From positions 270,762-294,761 of the forward strand of contig NZ_JAANNO010000006.1 of NCBI RefSeq assembly GCF_011250645.1: a stretch of DNA of 24,000 nt, given 5' to 3'. This document shows positions 1 through 7,706 of this stretch, one piece after another. A program made the translations under genes and the position numbers. The notes under the pieces are model-generated. The model was not told where the DNA came from, did not search any database, and saw only the letters and a program-made list of their open reading frames with translations. Positions within the stretch are counted from its first letter, which is position 1, and every line of letters begins with the position of its first letter. The DNA is from Motilibacter aurantiacus. Its GTDB lineage: Bacteria > Actinomycetota > Actinomycetes > Motilibacterales > Motilibacteraceae.

Positions 1-2207
1 CTCTGCCCGGCGAAGCTGACCGCGTACCCGGTGATCGGCGCGCCGCCGGTGTCCGTGGGCGCGTCCCAGCTGACCCTGACGAGGCCGGGCCCCTCGGAGG
101 AGACGCGCACCGCGGGCGGGGCCGGGGGCACCGCTGCGATCACCGTCTGCGAGCCGGAGGCCCCGAACTCGGTGAGCGCGCGGTACTGCGCGGAGTAGGA
201 GGCCGGGACGGTGAACTGGCCCGTGCCCGCAGCAGTGGACTTGACCTGCGCCACCGTGGACCAGCCCGCGCTCCCGTCCACCGGCAGCGCCTCGAGCGTG
301 ACCGGGGTCTTCGGCGGCAGGCCGGTGGCTCGGAAGGCCGCCGTCCGCCCCTTGCGCACGATGCCGTCGGCGGCGAGCAGGGCGGGGGTGAAGGGCACGA
401 CGGCGCTGCGCCGGGCGCCGTCCGGGCCGAGGGTGACCTGGGCCGAGCCGGACGGGGTGGTGAGCGCGACCGAGGCCCCGGCGCCGCTCACGCTGGCCGT
501 CGCCGACACCGTGCCGGCGCCCGCCCCGGCCTTGCGCGGCGCGATGACGGTGAGCCACGACAGCTCGGTGCCCGTCTGCGAGGCGCGCAGCGAGGGGGCG
601 GCGCCCAGCTCGCCGTACGCCATGCTGTTCCACCCCCGCCGCGGGCTGGTGGAGCCCTTGACGACGTCCATGGGCGCGCCGCCGGAGGTGAACAGCAGCG
701 AGACGTTCGCGCCCGGCCCGGTGGTGTGCGCCACGTCGGAGGTGAGCCGGACGGCCCTGTCCCGCCCCAGCAGCCACTGCTGGGAAGCCCGCACCGGCTG
801 GGTGGAGCTGAGCCGGTCCCAGACGACCAGCGCGTCCTCGGCCCGGTCGTACGCCAGGGTGCGGGTGATCGTCACGCCGCGGTAGCCGCGGTCGGTCACG
901 GTCACGAGGTCGACGCCTCCGGCGGACGACGCCCGCACCTGCGGCGCGCCCTGGTGGACCCGGGCCGCGCCGTCCACCACGACCACGTTGTGCGAGGCGT
1001 GGCTCAGGATGTGGTCCCGCATCGAGCCGTACTGGTAGCGCCACTGGCCCGGGTCGAGCAGGAGCGGGGAGCCCTGCGAGTAGAGCGTCACCGACGTGAC
1101 GTCGTCGTGGGCGTGCGGGATGCCGCTCTTGCGCCCGGCGCGGACGCTGTAGAACGTCTCGTCGGCGAAGGCTCGCGACTCGCCCCAGCCGGAGCGCCCG
1201 AACACGTAGCCGCCGGAGTACGCCGCGAAGGTCGACGCCGGCCTCGGCCCCGACGCGCCCTGCGTCCGAGCGAACTCGGCCGCCGTCCCGTCCCACACCG
1301 CGGACTGCAGCGTGTTCGGGCTGGTGTCGCCGAGCGCCTCGAGGCGGCCGTCGGGACGGGTGGCCATCGTGACGAACTCGGGCACCTTCGCCACCCGGTC
1401 CAGGGAGGACGGCAGCGGGGTCCCGCCCCGCTCGAGCCGGGTGCGCGCCTCCCCGAACCAGCGGTAGTTGGCCACGCCGTACGCCGGGGCCCCCTCGTTG
1501 TCCGAGCCGTCGGCGAAGATCAGCCGGGTGCCCAGCGTGCTCATGCGGTTGACCGCGGTGCGCTTCCAGTCCTCACGGCCGGTCGTGACGCCGATGGCGT
1601 AGAGGCCCATGGACTGGTGCAGGGAGGCGTTGTTGACGCCCTCGTAGCGGCGGGAGTCGGCCAGCATGGCCCCGTGCTGGGCGAGGGCCTTGCGCAGCCA
1701 GGCCTGCCGGCCCTTCGGCCCGGCGGCGGCGCAGGTCAGGACCAGCGCCCGGTACCCCTCGTAGATCGGCGGCCCCCAGGCGTAGCGGCGGCTGGACGCG
1801 CCCGGGCCGTTGTCCTTCACCCAGTCCTGCAGGACCCCGTAGAAGCGGTTGACCATCGCGCCGTTGCCGGTGCGGGCCCCTTCCCGCAGCAGCGGCAGCA
1901 GGTAGTCCAGCGAGTGCATGTGGCCCTTGCCGCTGCTGTCCAGCGTCGAGTAGGGCCGCCAGGACACGTTCTTGGCCAGCGGGAACCAGCCGTAGCCGCC
2001 GACCACGGCCCGCCCGGCCATGAGCCGGGCCGCCCGTTCGGCGTCGGACCTGGTCGGCAGGCCGAACGACAGCGCGCACTGCGCCGCCGCTGCGTTCGTG
2101 TCGACCGAGGGGAGCGCCGTCGCCGCCCCGGCCGGAGGCCCGGCGAGGAGCGGCGCGCCGAGCGCGACAGTTGCGGCGGCGGCGACCAGCCGTCGTACGA
2201 GCTTCAC
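1..2207 (-). CDS. Secreted heparinase II/III-like (polysaccharide-lyase type) protein with C-terminal FN3-like region; 3' end lies beyond the window start
   Basis: My own minus-strand translation; the gene is absent from the ORF track because no stop falls in the window. GTG at 2205-2207 is preceded by the SD GGGGAGG. The N-terminus VKLVRRLVAAAATVALGAPLLAGPPAGAATA looks like a signal peptide. The core ...SVRAGRKSGIPHAHDDVTSVTLYSQGSPLLLDPGQWRY... resembles the His/Asp core of the heparinase II/III family. The last residues ...VRVSWDAPTDTGGAPITGYAVSF look like fibronectin type III. GC3 is very high. The 509-aa + ORF 726..2255 is its antisense shadow. Confidence 0.75.
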   Translation of the reverse strand, partial: MKLVRRLVAAAATVALGAPLLAGPPAGAATALPSVDTNAAAAQCALSFGLPTRSDAERAARLMAGRAVVGGYGWFPLAKNVSWRPYSTLDSSGKGHMHSLDYLLPLLREGARTGNGAMVNRFYGVLQDWVKDNGPGASSRRYAWGPPIYEGYRALVLTCAAAGPKGRQAWLRKALAQHGAMLADSRRYEGVNNASLHQSMGLYAIGVTTGREDWKRTAVNRMSTLGTRLIFADGSDNEGAPAYGVANYRWFGEARTRLERGGTPLPSSLDRVAKVPEFVTMATRPDGRLEALGDTSPNTLQSAVWDGTAAEFARTQGASGPRPASTFAAYSGGYVFGRSGWGESRAFADETFYSVRAGRKSGIPHAHDDVTSVTLYSQGSPLLLDPGQWRYQYGSMRDHILSHASHNVVVVDGAARVHQGAPQVRASSAGGVDLVTVTDRGYRGVTITRTLAYDRAEDALVVWDRLSSTQPVRASQQWLLGRDRAVRLTSDVAHTTGPGANVSLLFTSGGAPMDVVKGSTSPRRGWNSMAYGELGAAPSLRASQTGTELSWLTVIAPRKAGAGAGTVSATASVSGAGASVALTTPSGSAQVTLGPDGARRSAVVPFTPALLAADGIVRKGRTAAFRATGLPPKTPVTLEALPVDGSAGWSTVAQVKSTAAGTGQFTVPASYSAQYRALTEFGASGSQTVIAAVPPAPPAVRVSSEGPGLVRVSWDAPTDTGGAPITGYAVSFAGQ

Positions 2208-2321
2208 GAGCCTCCCCTACGGGTGCCTACGGGCGCACGGCACACCGGTCCGTAAGGGAAGTATCGGCAATCCACCGCGCGGAGCGCACCGTACGCGCCG
2301 GTGCCGGGACGGTGGGAAGCA

Positions 2322-3677
2322 TCACGATCCGGACAACACCCCCGAGTCCGCACGGCGCACGGCGAGCCGGTTGACCAGCCAGAGCACGACGCCGGCGGCC
2401 AGCAGGACGCCCGCCCGGACGTACACGTCGGCGTCGCGGCCGGTCACCGGGGACGCGAGCACCAGGCTCGCGACCGCGCCGACCGCCGGTGCCCAGGTCG
2501 GGGCCCGGAAGTGCCGGTGCCCGACCGTCTCGCGGCGCAGCACGAGCACGCTGACGTTGACGGCGGCGAAGACGAGCAGCAGGAGCAGGACGGTGGTGTC
2601 CGCGAGCCCGGCCAGGTCGCCGGTCGCCACCAGCACGAGCGCCACCGCGGTCGTCGCCGAGATCGCGAGCCACGGCGTGTGCCGCGTGGAGTGCACGGTG
2701 GCGAGGGCCCGCGGGACGATTCCCTCGTTCGCCATCCCGTAGACCACGCGGGAGGCCATGAGCATGTTGAGCAGCGCGGTGTTGGTGACCGCGACCAGTG
2801 CGATCGCCGCGAACGCCTTGGCCGGCACGTCGATCCCGCCCGCACGCACGACCTCGAGCAGCGGCCCGGTCGAGCCGGCCAGCTCGTCGGTCGGCACGAG
2901 CAGGGTCGCCACCAACGCCACGGCGAGGTAGACGACGCCGGTGATCGCGAGGCCGAGGAAGAGCGCCCGGGGGAAGGTCGACTGCGGCTCCTCGACCTCC
3001 TCGGCCATGTTGACCGAGTCCTCGAAGCCGATGAGGGCGTAGAACGCGAGCGCGGCCCCGCCGAGCACGCCGAGCACGGCGCCCCCCTCGGCCGAGAAGT
3101 CGGTGGCCCGGGCGGTGTCGCCGTCCCCCTGCAGCAGCGCGGCCACGCCGACGACGATCACGAGGAGCAGCCCGCTCACCTCGATCAGCGTCAGCACGAG
3201 GTTGACCCGCACCGACTCCTTGGTGCCGAGCAGGTTGACCGCGGCGAGCAGGAGGACGAACCCGACCGCGACCAGCACGACGGGCAGGGTCACGAACTCG
3301 GCCAGGTAGTCCCCTCCGAACCCCCGGGCCGCCGCGCTCGCCGAGGTGATGCCGCTGGCCATCACCGTGAAGGCGACCATGAAGGTGACGAAGGGGCGGC
3401 CGAAGGCCCGGTTGACGTAGAGCGCTGCCCCGGCGGCCTTCGGGTACTTGCCCACCAGCTCCGCGTAGGCCGTCGCGGTGAGGAACGCGAGGACGAAGGC
3501 GACGAGGAACGGCAGCCAGATCGCGCCGCCGACCTCCCCCGCGACCTTCCCGGTGAGCGTGTAGATCCCCGCGCCGAGGATGTCGCCGACGATGAAGAGC
3601 AGCAGCATCCGCCGGCCCATGACTCGCTTGAGGCCCCCTCCTGGGGCGGCCTCGGACTGCTCGGCGATCGTGGCCAT
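2322..3677 (-). CDS. APC-superfamily amino acid permease
   Basis: Distal part of the 872-aa track ORF. ATG at 3675-3677 gives MATIAEQSEAAPGGGLKRVMGRRMLLLFIVGDILGAGIYTLTGKVAGEVGG... The protein is about 451 aa with about 12 hydrophobic segments. The GDILGAGIY and GFEDSVNMAEE motifs are typical of APC permeases. Confidence 0.85.
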   Translation of the reverse strand: MATIAEQSEAAPGGGLKRVMGRRMLLLFIVGDILGAGIYTLTGKVAGEVGGAIWLPFLVAFVLAFLTATAYAELVGKYPKAAGAALYVNRAFGRPFVTFMVAFTVMASGITSASAAARGFGGDYLAEFVTLPVVLVAVGFVLLLAAVNLLGTKESVRVNLVLTLIEVSGLLLVIVVGVAALLQGDGDTARATDFSAEGGAVLGVLGGAALAFYALIGFEDSVNMAEEVEEPQSTFPRALFLGLAITGVVYLAVALVATLLVPTDELAGSTGPLLEVVRAGGIDVPAKAFAAIALVAVTNTALLNMLMASRVVYGMANEGIVPRALATVHSTRHTPWLAISATTAVALVLVATGDLAGLADTTVLLLLLVFAAVNVSVLVLRRETVGHRHFRAPTWAPAVGAVASLVLASPVTGRDADVYVRAGVLLAAGVVLWLVNRLAVRRADSGVLSGS

Positions 3678-3721
3678 GCTCCGTAGTTCCCCGATCCTTG
3701 ATTCACCACTCGCAGATCGGG

Positions 3722-4940
3722 TCAGGGGACGGGGCCGGCCGGCAGCCGGCGCACCGAGGGCGACAGCAGCGCCAGCGCGTTGGCCAGGACGGCCAGCCCG
3801 GCGCACACCCAGAGCGTCGACGTCACGCCGATCAGCACCGAGACCGGGCCCACCGCCGCGAGCCCCAGCGGGTTGAGCGCGAAGGAGCCCAGGGCGTCGT
3901 ACGCGCTGACCCGCGCCAGCCGCTCCTCCGGCACGTGCGTCTGCAGCGCGGTGTACCAGAGCACGACGAACACGTCGGCGCAGACGCTGGCCGCGAACGC
4001 CCCGGCGAGGAGCAGCCAGAGCGGGGCTCCGAGGGCGAGCAGCGGCAGCGGGAGGACGAAGCCGAAGGTCGTCCACGTCGCCAGGAGCATGGGCAGCCGC
4101 GGGCGCAGCCGCAGCGCCAGGAAGCTGCCCGCGAGCAGGCCGGCCCTGTGCCGTCAGCACGGCGGCCCACGCCCCGGCTCCGCCGAGCTCCCGCTCCGCG
4201 ACGAGCGGGCCGAGGACGCGCATCGCGGCGGCGGTGGCGGTCGTCAGCACGGCGAACTGGGCGACGATCACCCAGACCCACTGCCGCGAGACGAACTCGT
4301 GCCACCCGTCGCGCAGGTCGGCCAGCACGCTCGCGGGAGCCGCCTTCGTCTGCGCCCTCGCCCGCACGCCGACCAGGATCAGCGCCGAGACGAGGAAGGT
4401 CGCGCCGTCGACCGCCAGCGCCCATCCGGCGCCGGCTACCGCTACGAGCAGCCCGCCCAGCGCTGCGCCGGCCAGCATCGCGACGTTCTGCGCCACCCGG
4501 ACCAGCGCGTTCGCCGGCTGCAGCTGCCCGGGCTCCACGACGAGCGGCAGCGCGCCGGTCGAGGCCGGCCGCAAGAGCGCCGCCGCCGCGCCGCCGGCGG
4601 CCGACAGGACGAGCAACGGCCCGAGCGCGTACGCCCCGGAGAGGAAGAGCGCCGCCATGCCGGTCTGCGCCGCGCCGCCGAGCAGGTCGGCGGCGGCCAT
4701 GACCCGCAACCGCGGCAGCCGGTCGGCCAGGGTGCCGCCCACCAGCAGGAGCAGCACCTCGGCCAGGACGCGCGCCGTGAGCAGCAGCCCGAGGTCGGTC
4801 GCCGACCCGCCCTCGTGGCCGAGCACGGCGAACGCCAGCGCCACGGGCGCTATCGCGTCGCCGAGCAGCGAGGTCGTGCGGGAGACGAAGAGCCGTCGGA
4901 AGGCGGGGACGCGGAGCAGGGCCGCGGCGCCCCCGCCCAC
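3722..4940 (-). pseudogene. MFS transporter (EntS/MFS_3-like) interrupted by a frameshift near 4140-4160
   Basis: The N-terminal 260+ aa (GTG 4938-4940: MGGGAAALLRVPAFRRLFVSRTTSLLGDAIAPVALAFAVLG...AVLTAQG) are a good MFS sequence, then become Arg/Ala/Pro nonsense. The MFS C-terminus continues in another frame (AGLLAGSFLALRLRPRLPMLLATWTTFGFVLPLPLLALG..., track ORF 3722..4090). That frame has a TGA just upstream, inside gtgctgacggc. The span is 1219 nt, which is not a multiple of 3, consistent with a 1-nt insertion or 2-nt deletion. Confidence 0.7.
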
Positions 4941-4948
4941 GGCCGGGC

Positions 4949-7066
4949 TCAGGCGTCGATGCGCTCGCGGTCCAGCCGCGCCGCGCCCTCGACGATGAAG
5001 TCGCGCCGAGGGGCCACCTCGTTGCCCATGAGCAGCTCGAAGACGCTGTCGGCGGCCTCGAGCTCGGAGATGTTCACCCGGCGCAGCGTCCGCTTGCGCG
5101 GGTCCATCGTGGTCTCGGCCAGCTGCGAGGCGTCCATCTCGCCCAGGCCCTTGTAGCGCTGGACCGGGTCACGCCAGCGGACGTTGCGCTTCTCCAGGTC
5201 GCGCAGCGTCTTCTTCAGCTCGGCGTCGGTGTAGGTGTAGAGGTACTTGGGCTGGTCCTTCTTCGGGTTCAGGATCTCGACCCGGTGCAACGGCGGCATC
5301 GCCGCGAAGACCCGGCCCTCCTCGACCAGCGGGCGCATCGTGCGGTAGAGCAGGGTGAGCAGCAGGCAGCGGATGTGCGCGCCGTCCACGTCGGCGTCGG
5401 CCATCAGGATGATCTTGCCGTAGCGCGCCGCGTCGATGTCGAACGAGCGGCCGGTGCCCGCGCCGATCACCTGGATGATCGAGGCGCACTCGGCGTTCTT
5501 GAGCATGTCCGAGGGCGAGGCCTTCTGGACGTTGAGGATCTTGCCGCGGATGGGCAGCAGCGCCTGGAACTCGGAGTTGCGGGCCAGCTTCGCCGTGCCC
5601 AGCGCCGAGTCGCCCTCGACGATGAAGAGCTCGCTGCGCGCGACGTCCTCGCTGCGGCAGTCGGCCAGCTTGGCCGGCAGCGAGCTGGTCTCCAGCGCGT
5701 TCTTGCGGCGCTGCAGCTCCTTGTGCTGGCGGGCGGCGATGCGCGTGCGCGCGGCGCTGGCGACCTTCTCCAGGATCGCCATCGCCATGGCCTTCTCCGT
5801 GCGCTTCGTGCTCGACAGCACCTCGGTCAGGTGCTTGTCGACCACGTGAGCCACGATGCGGGAGGCGGCGGAGGTGCCGAGCACCTCCTTGGTCTGGCCC
5901 TCGAACTGGGGCTCGGGCACCTTGACGGTGACGACCGCCGTCAGCCCCTCGAGCACGTCCTCCTTGGTGACGTCCGGCTCGGCGGTGCGCAGCACGCGGG
6001 ACGCGCGCAGCCGGGCGTTGAGCGACTTGGTCAGCGCGCGCTCGAAGCCGGCCACGTGAGTGCCGCCCTTGGGGGTGGCGACGATGTTGACGAACGAGCG
6101 GACGGTCGTGTCGTAGCCGGCCCCCCAGCGCAGCGCGACGTCGACCGTCATCTCGCGCGCGACCTCGGTCGGCGTCATGTGCCCCTGGTCGTCGAGGACC
6201 GGAACGGTCTCCTTGAAGTGGCCGACCCCCTGCAGCCGGAGGACGTCGCTGACCGCCGTGTCGGGGGCCAGGAACTCGCAGAACTCGGTGATGCCGCCGA
6301 CGTAGTGGAACTCCTCCTGCACGGGCGCGGCCGGGTCGCGCTCGTCGTGCAGCACGATCCGCAGCCCGGGCACCAGGAAGGCCGTCTGGCGGGCACGAGC
6401 GCGCAGCTGCTCGAGGTCGAGCGCCGCCTCCTTGAGGAAGACCTGCCGGTCGGCCCACCAGCGCACCCGCGTGCCGGTGACGCCGCGCTTGGCCCGGCCG
6501 GCGATCTGCAGCCCGGACTGCGGGGTGAACGGCGCGTCGGGGCCGTCGCCCGCGTAGACGCCCGGCTCGCCCCGCCGGAAGCTCATGAGGTGGACGCGGC
6601 CGGAGCGGTCGACCTCGACGTCCAGGCGGCTGGACAGCGCGTTGACGACCGAGGCGCCCACGCCGTGCAGGCCGCCGGACGCGGCGTAGGACCCGCCTCC
6701 GAACTTCCCGCCCGCGTGCAGCTTGGTGAGCACCAGCTCGACACCGGTCAGGCCGCTGCGCGGCTCGACGTCGACCGGGATGCCGCGCCCGTCGTCCCTG
6801 ACCTCGACCGAGCCGTCCGCGCCGAGCACCACGTCGATGCGCGTGCAGTAGCCGGCGAGCGCCTCGTCCACCGCGTTGTCGATGATCTCCCAGACGCAGT
6901 GCATGAGGCCGCGGCCGTCGGTGGAGCCGATGTACATGCCGGGCCGCTTGCGGACGGCCTCCAGCCCCTCCAGCACGGACAGGTGGCGCGCGGTGTAGCC
7001 GCCGTCACCGGCCCCCCGAGCGCCCTTCTTCGCACCCGGTACAGGCTCGGTCGGCTCGGCACTCAC
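4949..7066 (-). CDS. parE: Type IIA DNA topoisomerase B subunit (GyrB/ParE family; topoisomerase IV subunit B-like by context)
   Basis: Diagnostic GyrB/ParE motifs are present: LEGLEAVRKRPGMYIGST, HCVWEIIDNAVDEA, DDGRGIPV, GGLHGVGASVVNALS, the Toprim motif LFIVEGDSALGTAK, and IILMADADVDGAHI. The preferred start is GTG 7064-7066, preceded by AAGGAG 8 nt upstream. The track start at 7114 adds 16 aa. The ParE assignment rests only on location beside hrdB rather than beside dnaA-recF. Confidence 0.85.
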   Translation of the reverse strand: MSAEPTEPVPGAKKGARGAGDGGYTARHLSVLEGLEAVRKRPGMYIGSTDGRGLMHCVWEIIDNAVDEALAGYCTRIDVVLGADGSVEVRDDGRGIPVDVEPRSGLTGVELVLTKLHAGGKFGGGSYAASGGLHGVGASVVNALSSRLDVEVDRSGRVHLMSFRRGEPGVYAGDGPDAPFTPQSGLQIAGRAKRGVTGTRVRWWADRQVFLKEAALDLEQLRARARQTAFLVPGLRIVLHDERDPAAPVQEEFHYVGGITEFCEFLAPDTAVSDVLRLQGVGHFKETVPVLDDQGHMTPTEVAREMTVDVALRWGAGYDTTVRSFVNIVATPKGGTHVAGFERALTKSLNARLRASRVLRTAEPDVTKEDVLEGLTAVVTVKVPEPQFEGQTKEVLGTSAASRIVAHVVDKHLTEVLSSTKRTEKAMAMAILEKVASAARTRIAARQHKELQRRKNALETSSLPAKLADCRSEDVARSELFIVEGDSALGTAKLARNSEFQALLPIRGKILNVQKASPSDMLKNAECASIIQVIGAGTGRSFDIDAARYGKIILMADADVDGAHIRCLLLTLLYRTMRPLVEEGRVFAAMPPLHRVEILNPKKDQPKYLYTYTDAELKKTLRDLEKRNVRWRDPVQRYKGLGEMDASQLAETTMDPRKRTLRRVNISELEAADSVFELLMGNEVAPRRDFIVEGAARLDRERIDA

Positions 7067-7348
7067 GTCGCAAGGCTCCTTGTCCGATACACAGGGCGTC
7101 GCGGCGGGAAGCACTAGGCGAAGGGCACCCGGGACGCCTGGAACAGCAACGCCAGGCTACTCGGGGGCCCCGACAGGGTGAGGCCGACGCGCCTCGGCCC
7201 GCCTGAGGCGTCCCGCGGGTTACGTTCGCGTTCCGATCGGGATCGCGTACGGCGAACACGGCGTCAACGAGGTCTGGGACGAACGTAGCGTGGTAGGACG
7301 TTGGTCCAGACGTAGAGCGCAAGCTGAACGAGAACGAGAAGAGGGACC

Positions 7349-7579
7349 GTGACCACTGCCCTTGCCACCCACGCTGCCCTCACCGCGGCCGACCGTTGTG
7401 ACCGCTGCGGCGCCCAGGCGTACGTCCGGGTGACGCTCGAGTCCGGCGGCGAGCTGCTCTTCTGTGCGCACCACGGCCGGGAGCACGCGACCAAGCTCCG
7501 GGAGATCGCCTCCGACATCCAGGACGAGACCGGTCGCCTCGAGCGCACGACGCCCACCGCGCCCGCGGACGAGCGCTGA
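7349..7579 (+). CDS. Small conserved actinobacterial Cys/His protein (CxxC...CxHH, putative zinc ribbon; resembles the DUF7455 type, name uncertain)
   Basis: GTG start after a purine-rich gagaagaggga stretch. The 76-aa product is MTTALATHAALTAADRCDRCGAQAYVRVTLESGGELLFCAHHGREHATKL... GC3 is high. It is divergent from parE and followed by strong hairpins. Confidence 0.7.
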   Translation: MTTALATHAALTAADRCDRCGAQAYVRVTLESGGELLFCAHHGREHATKLREIASDIQDETGRLERTTPTAPADER

Positions 7580-7626
7580 GGCGCCCCTGACCGATCGCCC
7601 CGGGTGTGCGGGGCGGTCCCCGACCT

Positions 7627-7661
7627 CGACGAGCCCCGGTGCGCTGCACCGGGGCTCGTCG
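7627..7661. terminator. GC-rich hairpin between convergent genes (putative bidirectional intrinsic terminator)
   Basis: cgacgagccccggtgc-gct-gcaccggggctcgtcg forms a perfect 16-bp stem with a 3-nt loop. It lies between the stop of the small + gene (7579) and the stop of phosphoketolase (7707). A second 7-bp hairpin, cgccccg-ggtgtg-cggggcg, lies at 7596-7615. There is no U-tract, which is common in actinobacteria. Confidence 0.65.
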
Positions 7662-7706
7662 CGTGCCGGCGGGCTCGGGGCCGCCCGTGCCCGCTCGCGG
7701 CCGGGG

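Noticed and set aside
2322-4940. The 872-aa ORF read as one large fusion transporter.
   Set aside because: The middle ~170 aa are nonsense (RPARGQLPGAAAAPAAAH...RRVRRALVHRAAD...). The real MFS C-terminus is in another frame, and the permease has its own ATG at 3677.
7224-7257. Nested imperfect inverted repeat GTTCGC..CGATC-gg-GATCG..GCGAAC in the parE/small-protein divergent region, considered as a possible operator.
   Set aside because: The arms are short (5-6 bp) with asymmetric spacing (4 vs 6 nt). This is easily produced by chance. I leave it only as a note.
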